DNA of 64,000 nt, from NCBI GenBank assembly GCA_036785375.1, contig JAWMAR010000513.1, forward strand, positions 1-64,000. The letters run 5' to 3'. Made by a program: the position numbers and the translations under genes. Under the pieces are notes generated by a model, which worked only from the letters and a program-made list of their open reading frames with translations, was not told the DNA's origin and did not search any database. This DNA comes from Leucoraja ocellata (taxonomy: Eukaryota). This document shows, piece after piece, positions 24,511 to 36,400 of the stretch. Position 1 is the stretch's first letter. Each line of letters starts with the position of its first letter.

Positions 24511-25067
24511 GACAAACAGGCCATTTGACCCACCAAGTCCACGCCAATCACCCACTTACACTAAACAAAGTGTTGGAGGAAACACAGCAGGTCAGGCAGC
24601 ATCTGGGGAGGGAATGGACAGGCGATGTTTCCAATCGGGACCGTTCTTCAGACTGATTCCATTGTTTATTCTTCGCACCTACCCATTAAAGATCCCTCAG
24701 GTTCTACCACTCACCAATGTACCAGGGGCAGTTTAGAGTGGCCAATTAGCCAAGCAATTGGCTAATCTTTGGGGCGTGGGGGAAACTGGAACACTCCGAG
24801 GAAACCCAGGCAGTCACAGGGAGTACATGCAAACTCCACATAGGCAGCAGCCGAGGTCAAGACTGAACCCGGGTCTCTGGTGTGACCCACTGCACCACCC
24901 ACACTGGTATGCCAAGTGTGGAGAACATGTAGAAGTGTATGTTGGTGCCATGGAGCTGAATGAAAGTACAGAGGACATCATGGAATCTGGAAGCGGTGGG
25001 GAACGACCCCTGCCACTGGGCAGTAGGAGAGGTGAGAGCAGAGGTGTAGGAAACAGAAAGGGCACAC

Positions 25068-25113
25068 TTCTTCTTCATCTTCTGGCGTAAGGCATGCACA
25101 GCCTAAAGTTGTA
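25068..25113 (-). mobile_element. Short Vingi-type 3' end
   Basis: Reverse complement tacaactttaggctgtgcatgccttacgccagaagatgaagaagaa matches the 3' end of the element at 25443-26213. Confidence 0.7.
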
Positions 25114-25396
25114 AGACAACACGTCAGGTTGATTTGCACTGACCTCATTCATTTATTTTCTGGCTCAGTTTAACACACTATCTGTTATCCAGTTTGGTTT
25201 CAGTGAACTACCCATTTGGCAATTAACAGCAGAAATTTACTCCATCAACTCAAAACTGAAGGAGTGCCAGGACACATGGCACAGGTTATGTTACTTGGTA
25301 CATAATACACCTGGATAATAGTCACGGCCTCACGCTGACCTACTTCGATCTTTCCTTTTGGGAAATCATTTCTATCGACTTTTATTTAAAGGAGGA

Positions 25397-26490
25397 CGGA
25401 CGGCACGGTGGCGCAGCGGTAGAGTTGCTGCCTTACAGCGCCTCTACCGCATAAACTGAAAGCAAGGGTCAACATCATCAGGAAACCTGCAGGCAACAGC
25501 TGGGGATCCAACGCACACACCCTCCATACCGCAAGCTTAGCCCTCGCCTACTCAACAGCCGATTTTGCTCAACAACTTGGGCTTATAGCTGCCACACCAA
25601 ACGAGTTGACGCTGTCCTTAACTCTGCAATGCGGGTCATCACAGGGATGCTTAAGTCAACACCTTTGCAGTGGCTACCTGTCCTCTCTCATATCGCCGCT
25701 CCCAGCATACGCAGAAGGGAGAGGATGTTGAAAGATTGGTGCACCATCGAGGCCAACCCTGACCTTCCCATCCATGCTGACGAACAATCTGCCCAACATG
25801 CGCCTGAAGTCCCACAAACCCTTCTGGTCTTCAGTTAAATCCCTGGAAGACTTTGACTCCAAGACTGAGTGGCGCAGAGCCTGGAAAGATGCCAACCCCA
25901 ACAACGGAGAGGTCTTCACAGACCCACAGTGAAACCACTGGGATTTGACCTCCATCGCAAGCAATGGCTAACCCTGAACAGAATCTGCACCCTCCATGCA
26001 ACAACAGCCCATCACCTGCATAAGTGGGGGATAACAGACAGCCCTGCTTGCGACTGCGGACATCCAGACCAGACCGTCCCACACATCGTGAATGAGGCTT
26101 TTCCCTGGTGGCATCAAAGGCATCCACCCAGTAACTGATGCTGCCCTGGCCTGGATGTCTACCCTTGACCTACAACTTTAGGCTGTGCACGCCATACGCA
26201 AGAAGAAGAAGAACCACCAGATACCCAGGTTCCATCCTGACCACGGGTGTTGTTTGTATGGAGTTTGTACCTTCTCCCCGCGACTCTGTGGGTTTTCCCC
26301 AGGTGCTCCGGTTTCTTCCCACACTGCAAAGACGTACAAGTTTGTAGGTTAATTTAACTTTGGTTAAAAACATTGTACAATTGCCCCTAGTGTGTAGGAT
26401 AGTGCTAGAGCACAGTGTTCGGCAGTTGGCATGGACACTATAGGACCAAGGGCCTATTTCCGCGCTGTATCACTAAACTAATCTAAACTA
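25397..26490 (+). mobile_element. V-SINE split by the Vingi insertion (head 25397-25442, body 26214-26490)
   Basis: ggcacggtggcgcagcggtagagttgctgccttacagcgcc, interrupted, then ccagatacccaggttccatcctgacc..V-domain..aagggcctatttccgcgctgtatc(actaa)n. Confidence 0.85.
25443..26213 (+). mobile_element. Vingi/Ingi-group (I superfamily) LINE, 5'-truncated
   Basis: KLKARVNIIRK.AGNSWGSNAHTL.TASLALAYSTA, NSAMRVITGMLKSTPLQWLPVLSHIAAPSIRR, C-terminal zinc knuckle WGITDSPACDCGHPDQTVPHIV, 3' ccatacgc plus (AAG)n tail; contains frameshifts. Confidence 0.8.
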
Positions 26491-28100
26491 AACCAAGACT
26501 GTGAGATATCCAATGTTTTGCCATCTCTCCCCGATATTCGATCATTATTCCAGGACAGCTGCTTTGCAAGAAAGCTAGATATTTCAGAGCCATTATAGCA
26601 ACCACAGTGTTAACATAACCAACCTGACTCCAGTCAGTCATAAGTAACCCAAATCCCCACTTCCTTACTGTGCTCATTTATCTTATTGTCGTGTCATTGT
26701 ACATGTCGATCTGCCAAAGCGGGGTGGGTGATGGCACCGAGAATTTAGAACTCAGTGAAAAGAAATTGAGTGAGGGGAATGGGGGTGGGGGGAGTTGGGG
26801 CACATCTCTTGTTCATAAGGTCATAAGTCATAGGAGTAGAAGTAGGCCATTCGGCCTATCATGTCTACACCGCCATTCAATCGTGGCTGTTCCATCCTTC
26901 TCTCTCAACCCCATTCTCCTGCCTTCTCTTCATAACCCATGACGTCGTACCAACGCAAGTATCTATCAATCTCCACATTAAAAATACCCAATGACGTGGC
27001 CTCCATGACCACTCGTGGCAATGAATTCCACAGATTGACCATCTTCTAGCTGAAGAAATTCCTCCTCATAGTTCCCATCTGGAGTATTCCTGTTTTAAGC
27101 TGGTTGGCAACTTTCACACCGTGGATCCCAGAACAAACCAGCCAGGGGTTCTGAGGGCAGGCCCAGTGGTGTTCTCACTCTCAAGGGGAGCTGGGCGGTG
27201 GGAGCTGCAGACATATTATTTATTCTGGCCAGTGTTCAACACCACCATCAAGTGTCTCTGCACACAAACCACATCGAAAAACCTCAGGCAACTGTGGGGA
27301 TTCCAGCCTCCACACCTGAACTCTCTTCAAATTGAGAGGAATGTGATACGTAATAAAGATTCTAAATTTATCGTTCTTTTTATGCCAGGAATGTGTAGGA
27401 AAGTGGTGGTACCAGGTACTAATGTGCGCACCTTCCAAGCACTGCAATACAGTTGCCAACACCCATGCCTAATTGTTTATAGATATATCTAAACTTCAGA
27501 GAGACTGCTTAACATTGAAGTCCACATTATTGGGCAGCAGGGTTTCGAGGTGGCTGTGTTATCAGGAAGTGAAGTTAGGTGAATATGACTTTCAGAGCCC
27601 AAAGCACACGGCCTCTCAACTCTTCCCATTGGTTCCTCAGTTCCCCGTCAAGTGAAACTGGCCTGAGAGCAGCTTGCGTTACAATATTTGAGGATACTCC
27701 TCGGGCTGAAGTGCGTTTATAATCCTGTGAAAGGCAACTTTCAAAATAATTCCACCAAAAACCTGCTGCAAGAAAGAAAATTAGCACGAACAATGTTTGT
27801 GGAGGTTTGCCCGGATACCAGAAAGGTAAGATAAATCACATAGATATACTGTACAGAGGTATTATAGCAAAATGACATAGAATACTTGAGCTTGGTCATT
27901 GACGGTCATGTTTTGAAATGATTAATAATAAGAACTTATAAAAGGGGAACATACATCATTTGGAAAGTAAGTGTAATTTTTTAATCTTAATCAGTAAATT
28001 GTCAATTACCCAGTGGTTTTCATTTCCATTAACTACTTGTTCCTAATTGCAATATTGCGTCTATCTATGGTTTGACAAAGCATTAGGATAGATTGTCACA

Positions 28101-28415
28101 ACGGCACAGTGGCTTAGCTGGTAGAGCTGCTTCTTCTCAATGCCAGAGATCCGGGTTCGATCCTGATCTCGGGTGCTGTCGGTGTGGAGTTTGCATATTC
28201 TCCCCTGTGCCAGCATGGATTTCCTCCGGGTGCTCCGGTTTGCTCTCACCTCCCAAGATGGTCGGGCTTGTAGGTCAATTGGCCTCTGTGAATTGCTCCT
28301 GGTGTGCGGGAAGTGGCCATGAATGTTTCGTAACATTAAACTAGTGTGAACAGGTGATCGATTGGGCAGCAGGGACTCGGAAGGCCGAAGAACTTTTTCC
28401 ATGCTGTATCTTTCA
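28101..28415 (+). mobile_element. V-SINE (HE1-like)
   Basis: cggcacagtggcttagctggtagagctgct..ccgggttcgatcc..gtggagtttgcatattctcccc..ccgggtgctccggttt. Confidence 0.85.
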
Positions 28416-28561
28416 ATTCATTCAACCAAGATTCTTTTCAGGAATTAAATTGTGGGAACATTTTAATTCCAGAAAAAAATCTTGGTTGAATTAATTGAAA
28501 GATACAGCATGGAAAAAGCTCTTCGACCTTCCGAGTCCCTGCTGCCCAATTGATCACCTGT
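28350..28561. repeat. Near-perfect inverted repeat (arms about 104 bp, 4-nt loop)
   Basis: 28350-28453 is the reverse complement of 28458-28561 with few mismatches; loop GGGA. Confidence 0.92.
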
Positions 28562-29688
28562 CTATTGAATTGGTCTAATTTTGATTTCCATTATTTATGA
28601 AATATTTATTAGGGTATAATTTAAGAAATATCATGTGATAACTAGATCAATAATGTAAAAAAAAGTGTTTCATTCAGCAGAAGGGGCATATGTATACCAC
28701 AGCATTGCTGCAGGCTATAGACACTACATGCTGGAGTAAGGACATAAGTGATAGGTGCAGAATTAGGCCATTTGGCCCATCAACTCTGCTCTGCCATTCA
28801 ATCATGGCTGATCTATCCCTCCCTTCTAACCCAATTCTCCTGCCTTCTCCCCTTAACCCTTGACACCCGAACTAATCAAGAATCTATCTCTGCCATAAAA
28901 ATATCAATTGACGGCCTCCACAGCCTTCTGTGGCAAAGCATTCCACAGATTCACCACCCTTGGACTAAAGAAATTCCTCCTCAACTCCTGCCGAAAGGAA
29001 TGTCCATTAATTCTTGTCCTAGACTCTCCCACTCAGCAGGTCAGGCAGCATCCCTGGAGAAAAGGAATAGGTGACATTTCAGGTCGAGACCCTTCATCAG
29101 ATTGCCAAGAGACACTGCCACCATAGTCATGGGATAAAAGTTATAGCAGATTCTGGATGACCCAGTTAAATGTAGAAAACCAGATGCCATCATTAGTCAC
29201 ACACTGCTCCTCCTCAGCAAAGAATGTTTAGCAGCCTCTGGAAGTAAAATGTCAGCAACCTAGCACAGTAGGGCAGCGGTAGAGTTGCTGCCTTACAGCC
29301 AGAGATCTGGATTTGATCGTGAGTGCTGTCTGTATGGAGTTTGGACGTTCTCCCCGAGACCGCGTGGCTTTTCTTCCTGCCCTCCGATTTCATCCTACAC
29401 GTCAGACTTCAGACTTGGGTAAAACATGTTTTAAATTGTCTCCAGTGTATAGCCATGATCACAATGAATGGCAGTGCTGGCTCGATGGGCCGAATGGCCT
29501 CTTCCTGCACCTATTTTCTATGTTTTCTATGTAGGATAGTGCTAGAGTACAGGGTGATCGCAGGTTGACAAGGACATGGTGGACTGAAGGTCCTGTTCCT
29601 GGGTTGTTTCTCTAAAGTCTAAAATCTGAATTGAAGTAAACTCAATGTAATTGTTTTCAATCATATTCCTAATCATAATTACCTCTTG

Positions 29689-30730
29689 TGTAAGAAGGAA
29701 CTGCAGATGCTGGTTTAAACCAAAGATAGACACATAAAGCTGGAGTAACTCAGTGGGACAGGCAGCATCTCTGGAGAGAAGGATGGATGACGTTTCGGGT
29801 CGAGACAATTCTTCAGACTGAGAGTTGGGGGGGACAGGAAACAAGAGATATGGACAGGGATGTAGAGAGATAAAGACCAATGAATGAAAGATATGCAAAA
29901 AAGTAACGATGATAGAGGAAACAGGCTGTTTGTAGGGTGTAAATGAGAAACTAATGCGACTTGGCTGGGGAAGGGATAGAGAGGGAATACTGAGGCTACC
30001 TGGTGAAATAAATCAATATTCATACCACTGGGCTGTAAGCTGCCCAAGTGAAATATGAGATGCTGTTCCTCCAATTTGCGTTTAGCGTCACTCTGACAAT
30101 GAAGAAGACCTAGGACAGAAAGGTCTGTGTCAGAATGGGAAGGAGAATTAAAGTGTCCAGCAACTGGGAGATTATGTAGGTTGAGGCGGGCGTAGCGAAG
30201 GCATTCAGCGAAACGATCGCCCAGTCTGCGTTTGATCTCGCCGATGTATAAGAGTCCACATCTTGAACAACGGATACAGTAGATGAGGTTGGTGGAGGTG
30301 CAAGTGAACCTCTGCCTAACCTGAAAGGACTATCGAGGTCCCTGGACAGAGACGGGGGAGGAGGCATAGGGACAGGTGTTGCATCTTCTGTGGTTGGAGG
30401 GGAAGGTACCTGGGGAGGGGATGGTTTGGGTGGGAAGGGATGAGTTGCTGAGGGAACGGTCTCTGCGGATGGCGGAAAGGGGTGGAGATGGGAAAATGTG
30501 GCTGGTGGTGGGATCCCGTTGGAGGTGGTGGAAAATTTGGAGGATTATGTGTTGTGTGCGACGGCTGATGTGGTGGAAGGTAAGGACTAGGGGGACTCTG
30601 TCTCTGTTGTGGCTAAGGGAAGGGGGAGCCAGGGCGGAGCTGTGGGGTACCGAGTAGACACGAGTGAGGGCCTCATCGATAATGGGAGAGGGGAACCCCC
30701 GTTCCCTAAAGAATGAGGACATCTCGGATT
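29689..30730 (-). mobile_element. Penelope-like element 3' half: linker, GIY-YIG endonuclease and terminal module
   Basis: SEMSSFFRERGFPSPII..RVPLVLTFH..LQRDPTTSHIFPSPPLSA.RRDRSL..C.TCPY; FTCTSTNLIYCIRCSRCGLLYIGE (GIY-YIG); LEEQHLIFHLGSLQPSGMNID; hammerhead-like module near 29787-29820. Confidence 0.92.
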
Positions 30731-31211
30731 TAGTCCTTCGCCCTAAACAGGCCAATTAGTTTATTTTGGTTTTGAGATACAGCATGGAAAACAGGCCATT
30801 CAGCCCACTGTCCACACTCACCATCGATCACCCATTTACTAGTTCCACGTTATCTCACTTCTTCTTCCACTCCATACAAACCAAGGCCAATTAACCTACT
30901 AACCCACATGTCTTTGGGATGTGGGGGGAAACCGGAGCATCTGGAGGAGACCCAGGCAGGTATAGGGGGAACGGCAAACTTCACACTGACTGCTCCTGCA
31001 GTCAGGATTGACCTGGACCTCTGGCGCTGTGAGGCAGCAGCTCGACCAGCTGCACCAATCTTTAATGTTTTCTGTGCGGAATATTAATCACATCAGATAC
31101 AAATTTCAAAAGATTATTGATTTTACCAGGTTTTTAAAATATTTTTTGATAATTTAACACGTCTCTTTGTATTTTTATTTTATGGTTTGTAAAATATTGC
31201 AAATATTTTTA

Positions 31212-31512
31212 GCGGCACAGTGGTGTTGCGGTAGAGCTGCTGCCTTACAGCGCCAGAGACCCCGGTTCAATACTGACTACAGGTGCTGTCTGTGTGGAAT
31301 TTGTATGTACTCTCTATGACCTATGTGAGATTTCTCTGGGTGCTCTGGTTTCCGCCCACACTCCAAAGACGTGCAGGTTTGTAGGTTAATTGGCTTTGGT
31401 GAAAAATGTAAATTGTCCCTAGTGTGTGTTGGATAGTGCTAGTGAATGGGGTGATCGCTGGTTGGTGCGGACTCGGTGGGCTGAAGGGCCTGTTTCCGCG
31501 CTGTATCTCTAA
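31212..31512 (+). mobile_element. V-SINE (HE1-like), full length
   Basis: tRNA-like head, V-domain and CR1-type tail gaagggcctgtttccgcgctgtatctcta. Confidence 0.88.
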
Positions 31513-32293
31513 AGATTAAAGTCTCGTCTATTAAAAGAATATTTAGGTTTTTCCTTTTTTTCTGCCGTCAGTAAGAATATTTCAATGCGATTTAGCTACT
31601 GACGAACTTGATGTGTTCTTGAAAGTTCTTGAATTTACAGTGACCGATCCAAAGAAAGAAGAAGCCCACACCACAAAGTTCCTTGTGGCCAACTTCCTTT
31701 AAAGTCAGTGGCGAGTGCTGTCACTTCGCCACCCTACATGTTGATTCTGAAGCACATTGTAGGAACTATGAATTATTATGGGGTTTTTACGTATGAATAG
31801 CATAAGAATTATATTCATGCTGTACAACCAGTTGTCAGACACACATTGATGAACAATGGTGGAAGACTCCTACAACTTTGCTTGGCCGGGCTGACCCTGC
31901 AACGCCACCAGATCAATAGGCCTTTCTGGCCAGTTACACTTAAAGCAACTTGGACATTGAAAATGGCGGCAAAACCTGGCGGCTCTTTTGTATGGACTCA
32001 GTGGACTATTTCTATACACTTTGTACTTAATCTGGCATCGTGTTTATGTATAGAGATAATTTACTGAACTCAATGCAAAACAGGAATTTCATTGTACCTC
32101 GGTACATGTGATAATAAAGAACCAGTGATATAAACCGTGATATATTTTGTTTTAGAGGGGAGATTTTCTCCAATTGACAAAGAAAACAAGATATATCTCC
32201 ACAGATGATAAACCCAAACATCAGAACTTACAATAATGATCCAACTTTACAGACATGTAACAGTTTGTTTTGTGATTGATAATGGTTCGTTAA

Positions 32294-32323
32294 GCTAATT
32301 GTCTCTTTTCTGTGACCCTTTAG
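32294..32323 (+). promoter_or_regulatory. Putative splice acceptor for the GPCR coding exon
   Basis: Branch-like gctaat, pyrimidine tract gtctcttttctgtgacccttt, AG at 32322-32323, 144 nt upstream of the ATG. Confidence 0.45.
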
Positions 32324-32467
32324 AGATCTGCAAACAAATAACATCAGTGAACAGTGACGTGCAGAAACTGAAATGGCAAGATGTCCTTTAATATGACCAA
32401 TAACACGATGGAGGATTAACTTTGTATGGTTTGTCCATTCCATACACAAAGAACATTAAGCGGAGCC

Positions 32468-33427
32468 ATGAACAGTTCTAACGAGACGTCTGATTGTATT
32501 TCTATTGCAGTGAAGACTTCAATTTTCCTGGTTGATTTTCTCATCACTGCTGTTTGGAGCCATGCAATAACTAGTGCCGTGCAACAAGAATTGGAATTGA
32601 AACGAGAGACCAGATATAACCTCCTGTGCCAACATCTCATCTACTCTTCCATATATTTCGCCTTGGGCACCGTGACAAACGGCTTTCGGCTCTTCAAGGT
32701 CGACTTACCGCGAGTTCTTTGCTGGATTTTGTTCCCTGTACAAATAACATTCGCACAATGCATCATGCTAACTTTAACCCTAATGTCCTTGAATGCTTGT
32801 CTGGCTATCTGCTGGCCACTGCGGTATTATGCACTTGTTGGTTCCCCCATAAGGAAAATAACCGCAATAATATGGATATTGGCAGTGCAGAATCCATTGT
32901 GGTCTGTAGTTTACCAAAGTCTGAATGTGTCCTCAGCATACATTATTGAAAAAGACAGTAGCTGCCCAAATCCAATGAATGGATTTGTTTCAAGGCAAAT
33001 TGCAATTGCATTTATCCTACTGTGTTTTCTCATGATTGTAATAAGTTATTTGTTAATATACAGAGAAGGAAGACGAGCAGGACATTTTGTGTCCTCAAAT
33101 ATTCAAGCCAGGAATACCATTCTCATCCATGGCTTCCAATTAAGCTTTTTCATTCTCCCGGTTTTGATCACAATAGGAATAGGTAAAAAACCTAAATTAA
33201 CAGCACTGAATCTAGCCAACACTGTCATATTCTCTGTTGCTCAGTGCCTTAGCCCCGTGATTTATGGGCTCAGATGTAAAGAGCTTCGAAATAAATTAGC
33301 AACAACCAAATTCTGCTGCTGTGCATTTAAACACGGGAAGAAAAGTGCAAGGGCGATGCGACTGAGTGAAGTCCCTACCATTAGCACCGTGACTGATACC
33401 AGGAGCAGTCAAGTCTGCAATCCCTGA
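32468..33427 (+). CDS. Single-exon rhodopsin-class GPCR, type-2 odorant-receptor-like (OR131-2-like; eta/theta/kappa-related), 319 aa
   Basis: Uninterrupted ORF (in-frame upstream ATG at 32426; gccATG at 32468 gives MNSSNETS with N-glycosylation sequons). Seven hydrophobic segments. Motifs ETRYNLL, MSLNACLAICWPLRY, ISYLLIY, ARNTILIHGFQL, AQCLSPVIYGLRCKEL. Tandem TGA stops; AATAAA at 33773. Confidence 0.9.
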   Translation: MNSSNETSDCISIAVKTSIFLVDFLITAVWSHAITSAVQQELELKRETRYNLLCQHLIYSSIYFALGTVTNGFRLFKVDLPRVLCWILFPVQITFAQCIMLTLTLMSLNACLAICWPLRYYALVGSPIRKITAIIWILAVQNPLWSVVYQSLNVSSAYIIEKDSSCPNPMNGFVSRQIAIAFILLCFLMIVISYLLIYREGRRAGHFVSSNIQARNTILIHGFQLSFFILPVLITIGIGKKPKLTALNLANTVIFSVAQCLSPVIYGLRCKELRNKLATTKFCCCAFKHGKKSARAMRLSEVPTISTVTDTRSSQVCNP

Positions 33428-36400
33428 TGAGTGTGTTGCTATTCCTCTCAGGTAGCAGTGCAGTATTTCATCGAAGCTTAGAATGAGAAATTGTTCAGGC
33501 CATTGGTAGGAACAACCCAATTCATCCCGCTTGCCTGACTGTTACTTCAAAGCCTGCAAAAGGGGCAAAGATGTCTTCAATTATTTAACCTTTTTAAAAA
33601 CATTATCATTGAGTCCACGACTGTTCCACTGTTCTTTCCAGCAGTATATTCCCAGTCACTACACTGAAAGTGTTCCTTTAACCTATCCCCTTTGACCCCA
33701 CTTCCCTCCCCGTATTGTACTGGTAAAATATTGTTAGTAATGTTTTAAAACTGTGGAAAATAGGTTTGTTTTAATAAATAGTCTAGATGTTTACACTGAA
33801 CAAAATTAGCAATAAGGTGAATATTATTTCAGCAGTTTGTTGAGGCAAGTAGTTGGCAGAGCTGAATTTCATGTCTTGTGAGTCTGAAGAAGTGTTTTGA
33901 CCCAAAACATCACCTATTTCCTTTTCTCCAGAGATGCTGCCTGACCCGCTGAGTTACTCCAGCACTTTATGTTTATCTTCGGTGTAAACCAGCATCTGCA
34001 GATCCTTCCTACACTTCATGTCTTGCCAGCTTAGTACTCATCTCTGGCTGGAGAAAGCAGCTCTTTGAAACTGAAACACAAGCATTCTGTTTAATTAAAC
34101 GGACAAGCAAACACTAGCTGAAGGAAGACCCCGTGATGTTAGCAAGAAAGACGACAAAGGAGAAAATAACATGTTCATCTTCAATATACATCTCCTCCAG
34201 ACAAAGCATCTTCAATTAACATGCCTTCATCAGCCTCTCATATTCAGACTCCCTTGGTCAAGAGTTAAGTGTTTAATTGTGATATGTACCAACAATGGAA
34301 CAATGGAATTCATGCAGCAGGACCTGTAAAGACAATAAACACAGATACAAATAAAAATAAAATTAAAAAATGGACAGGATAGGTTTAGAGGGATATGGGC
34401 CAAATGCAGGCAGATGGGACTAGTGTAAATGGGACATGTTGGCCGATGTGGGCAAGTTGGGCCAAAGGGTCAGTTTCTACGATGTAAGACTCTATGACTA
34501 GATGACTCTACGTCTGGCCTTTGTTCAACTATCTGCAAATATAAAACCTGCCTCATCTACACACACCTATTACTTGCCTGGTTTTGTCCCGCCCCACCTC
34601 ACCTCTCTTCCAGCTTCCCCCCCACTCCCCGACTACAGTCAGTCTGAAGACGTGTCCTGGCCTGAAATGTCACCTATCCATGTTCTCCGGAGATGATGCC
34701 TGACCCATCTGAGGTACTCCAGCACTTTGTGTCCTTTTCCGTAATCCAGCATCTGTTCTTTGTGTCTACGTTTTGCCTGCATTGCTTTATTGTATTGCAG
34801 TTCTTTCATCTGCAGCCTCAGGAAATGGGCTCATGGTCAATGTTCCTGGCACAGTTGGCTTTAGGTCTCCTCCAGGCCAGTTGAAGGCCCCCACAGAAAG
34901 TGCCACGGAGATGCAGAGGGTAGGGCCTGGTACAGCAGCATGTGAGATGTAACAGCAAGATGTATTCAAGAGAAAGTTAGATATAGCTCTTAGAGCTAAT
35001 GGAATCAAGGGATATGGGGAGAAAGCAGGAACGGGGTACTGATCTTGGATGATCGGCCGTGATCATATTGAATGGCAGTGCTGGCTCGAAGCACCTATTT
35101 TCTATGCTTCTATGTAACAGGGGCACAGATTAACCAAGACCACATACTCCCCTTCTCAGAATGGATACAATGGAAGGGACAAAAGAAGGTGAATGTATTT
35201 TACAGATGCTCAGACCACAATGTTTCCCTTTGATCCAGAGCTTCCTGTTGCTGGGGCTCCAATTTGTTATCATTATTAGAATCAAGCTCTGCTCCCTGTG
35301 AATTAATTTGCAACTTTTATTTGAAATCTGTCAATGGTTAACTAAATAAAGTGAAATCTAAACAGCTCCCTGTGCCTCCTGTGTTTGGGGTGAGTATATT
35401 TTGTACCGAGCAATCTATGAAGGGGCAATTTGTCTGAAGTGAAAACACCATTATCAAAGGGCAGTGTTTGCCTCCTCCCGTGGAACAAGCGTACTTTTAT
35501 TACCTGGCAGGAATTAAATTAAATAAACTGAAAATGTAATAAAAAATCTCAAAGGCAATAAAAAAGAGGAATTGTGCTGCGTTCCACCCAGCTGGATTGA
35601 CAGGAGCATTTGAGATCAGCTCTGTAGATATAATCAGATCCTCTCAGGTGCCTCTGTACTTCACTCACCAAACTCTTATCAGCTTTCAAACTGTTTTTAT
35701 TCTTTCTTTTGGGAGATAGTTGAAAAGGTGATGGAGGAGAGAGACTTGAATCGCATTGTTCCTGTGTAATGTTGAGGTAGCTTAGTTTAGTTTATTATTA
35801 TCATGTGTACTGAGGTACAGTGAAAAGCTTTTTGTTTGCATGCTACCCAGTCAAAGGAAAGACTAACATGAATACAATCAAGCTGTCCACAGTGCACAGA
35901 TTAAGGATAAAGGCTGCATGTAGCATTTAGTGCAATATAGAGCCCAATAAAGTATGATTAAAGATAGTTCAAAGGAAGGGGTGATGTTTCAGGTCTAGAC
36001 TCTTCTAAACCAGTCTGAAGAAGGGTCTCGACCCAAAACGTCACCCATTTCTTCTTTCCAGAGATGCTGCCTGCCCCGCTGAGTTACCCCAGTATTTTGT
36101 GTCTATCTCCAATGAGATAGGTGGGAGGTCTGGACTGCACGCTCCTATTAAATATTTCCCCCCTCACCTTAAACCTCTGCTTCTTGATCTTGGTAAGATC
36201 ATTGAATGGGGTTGAGGGGGAAAGGTAGATAGATCAGCCATGATTGAATGGTGGAGTAGACTTGTTGGGCCGAATGGCCTAATTCTGCTCCTGTGGACTG
36301 ATTGATTGTAATCATGTATTATCATTTTTGCTGACTGGATAGCACGCAACTAAAAGCTTTTCACTGTTGCTCAGTACACGTGACAATAATACACTAAACT

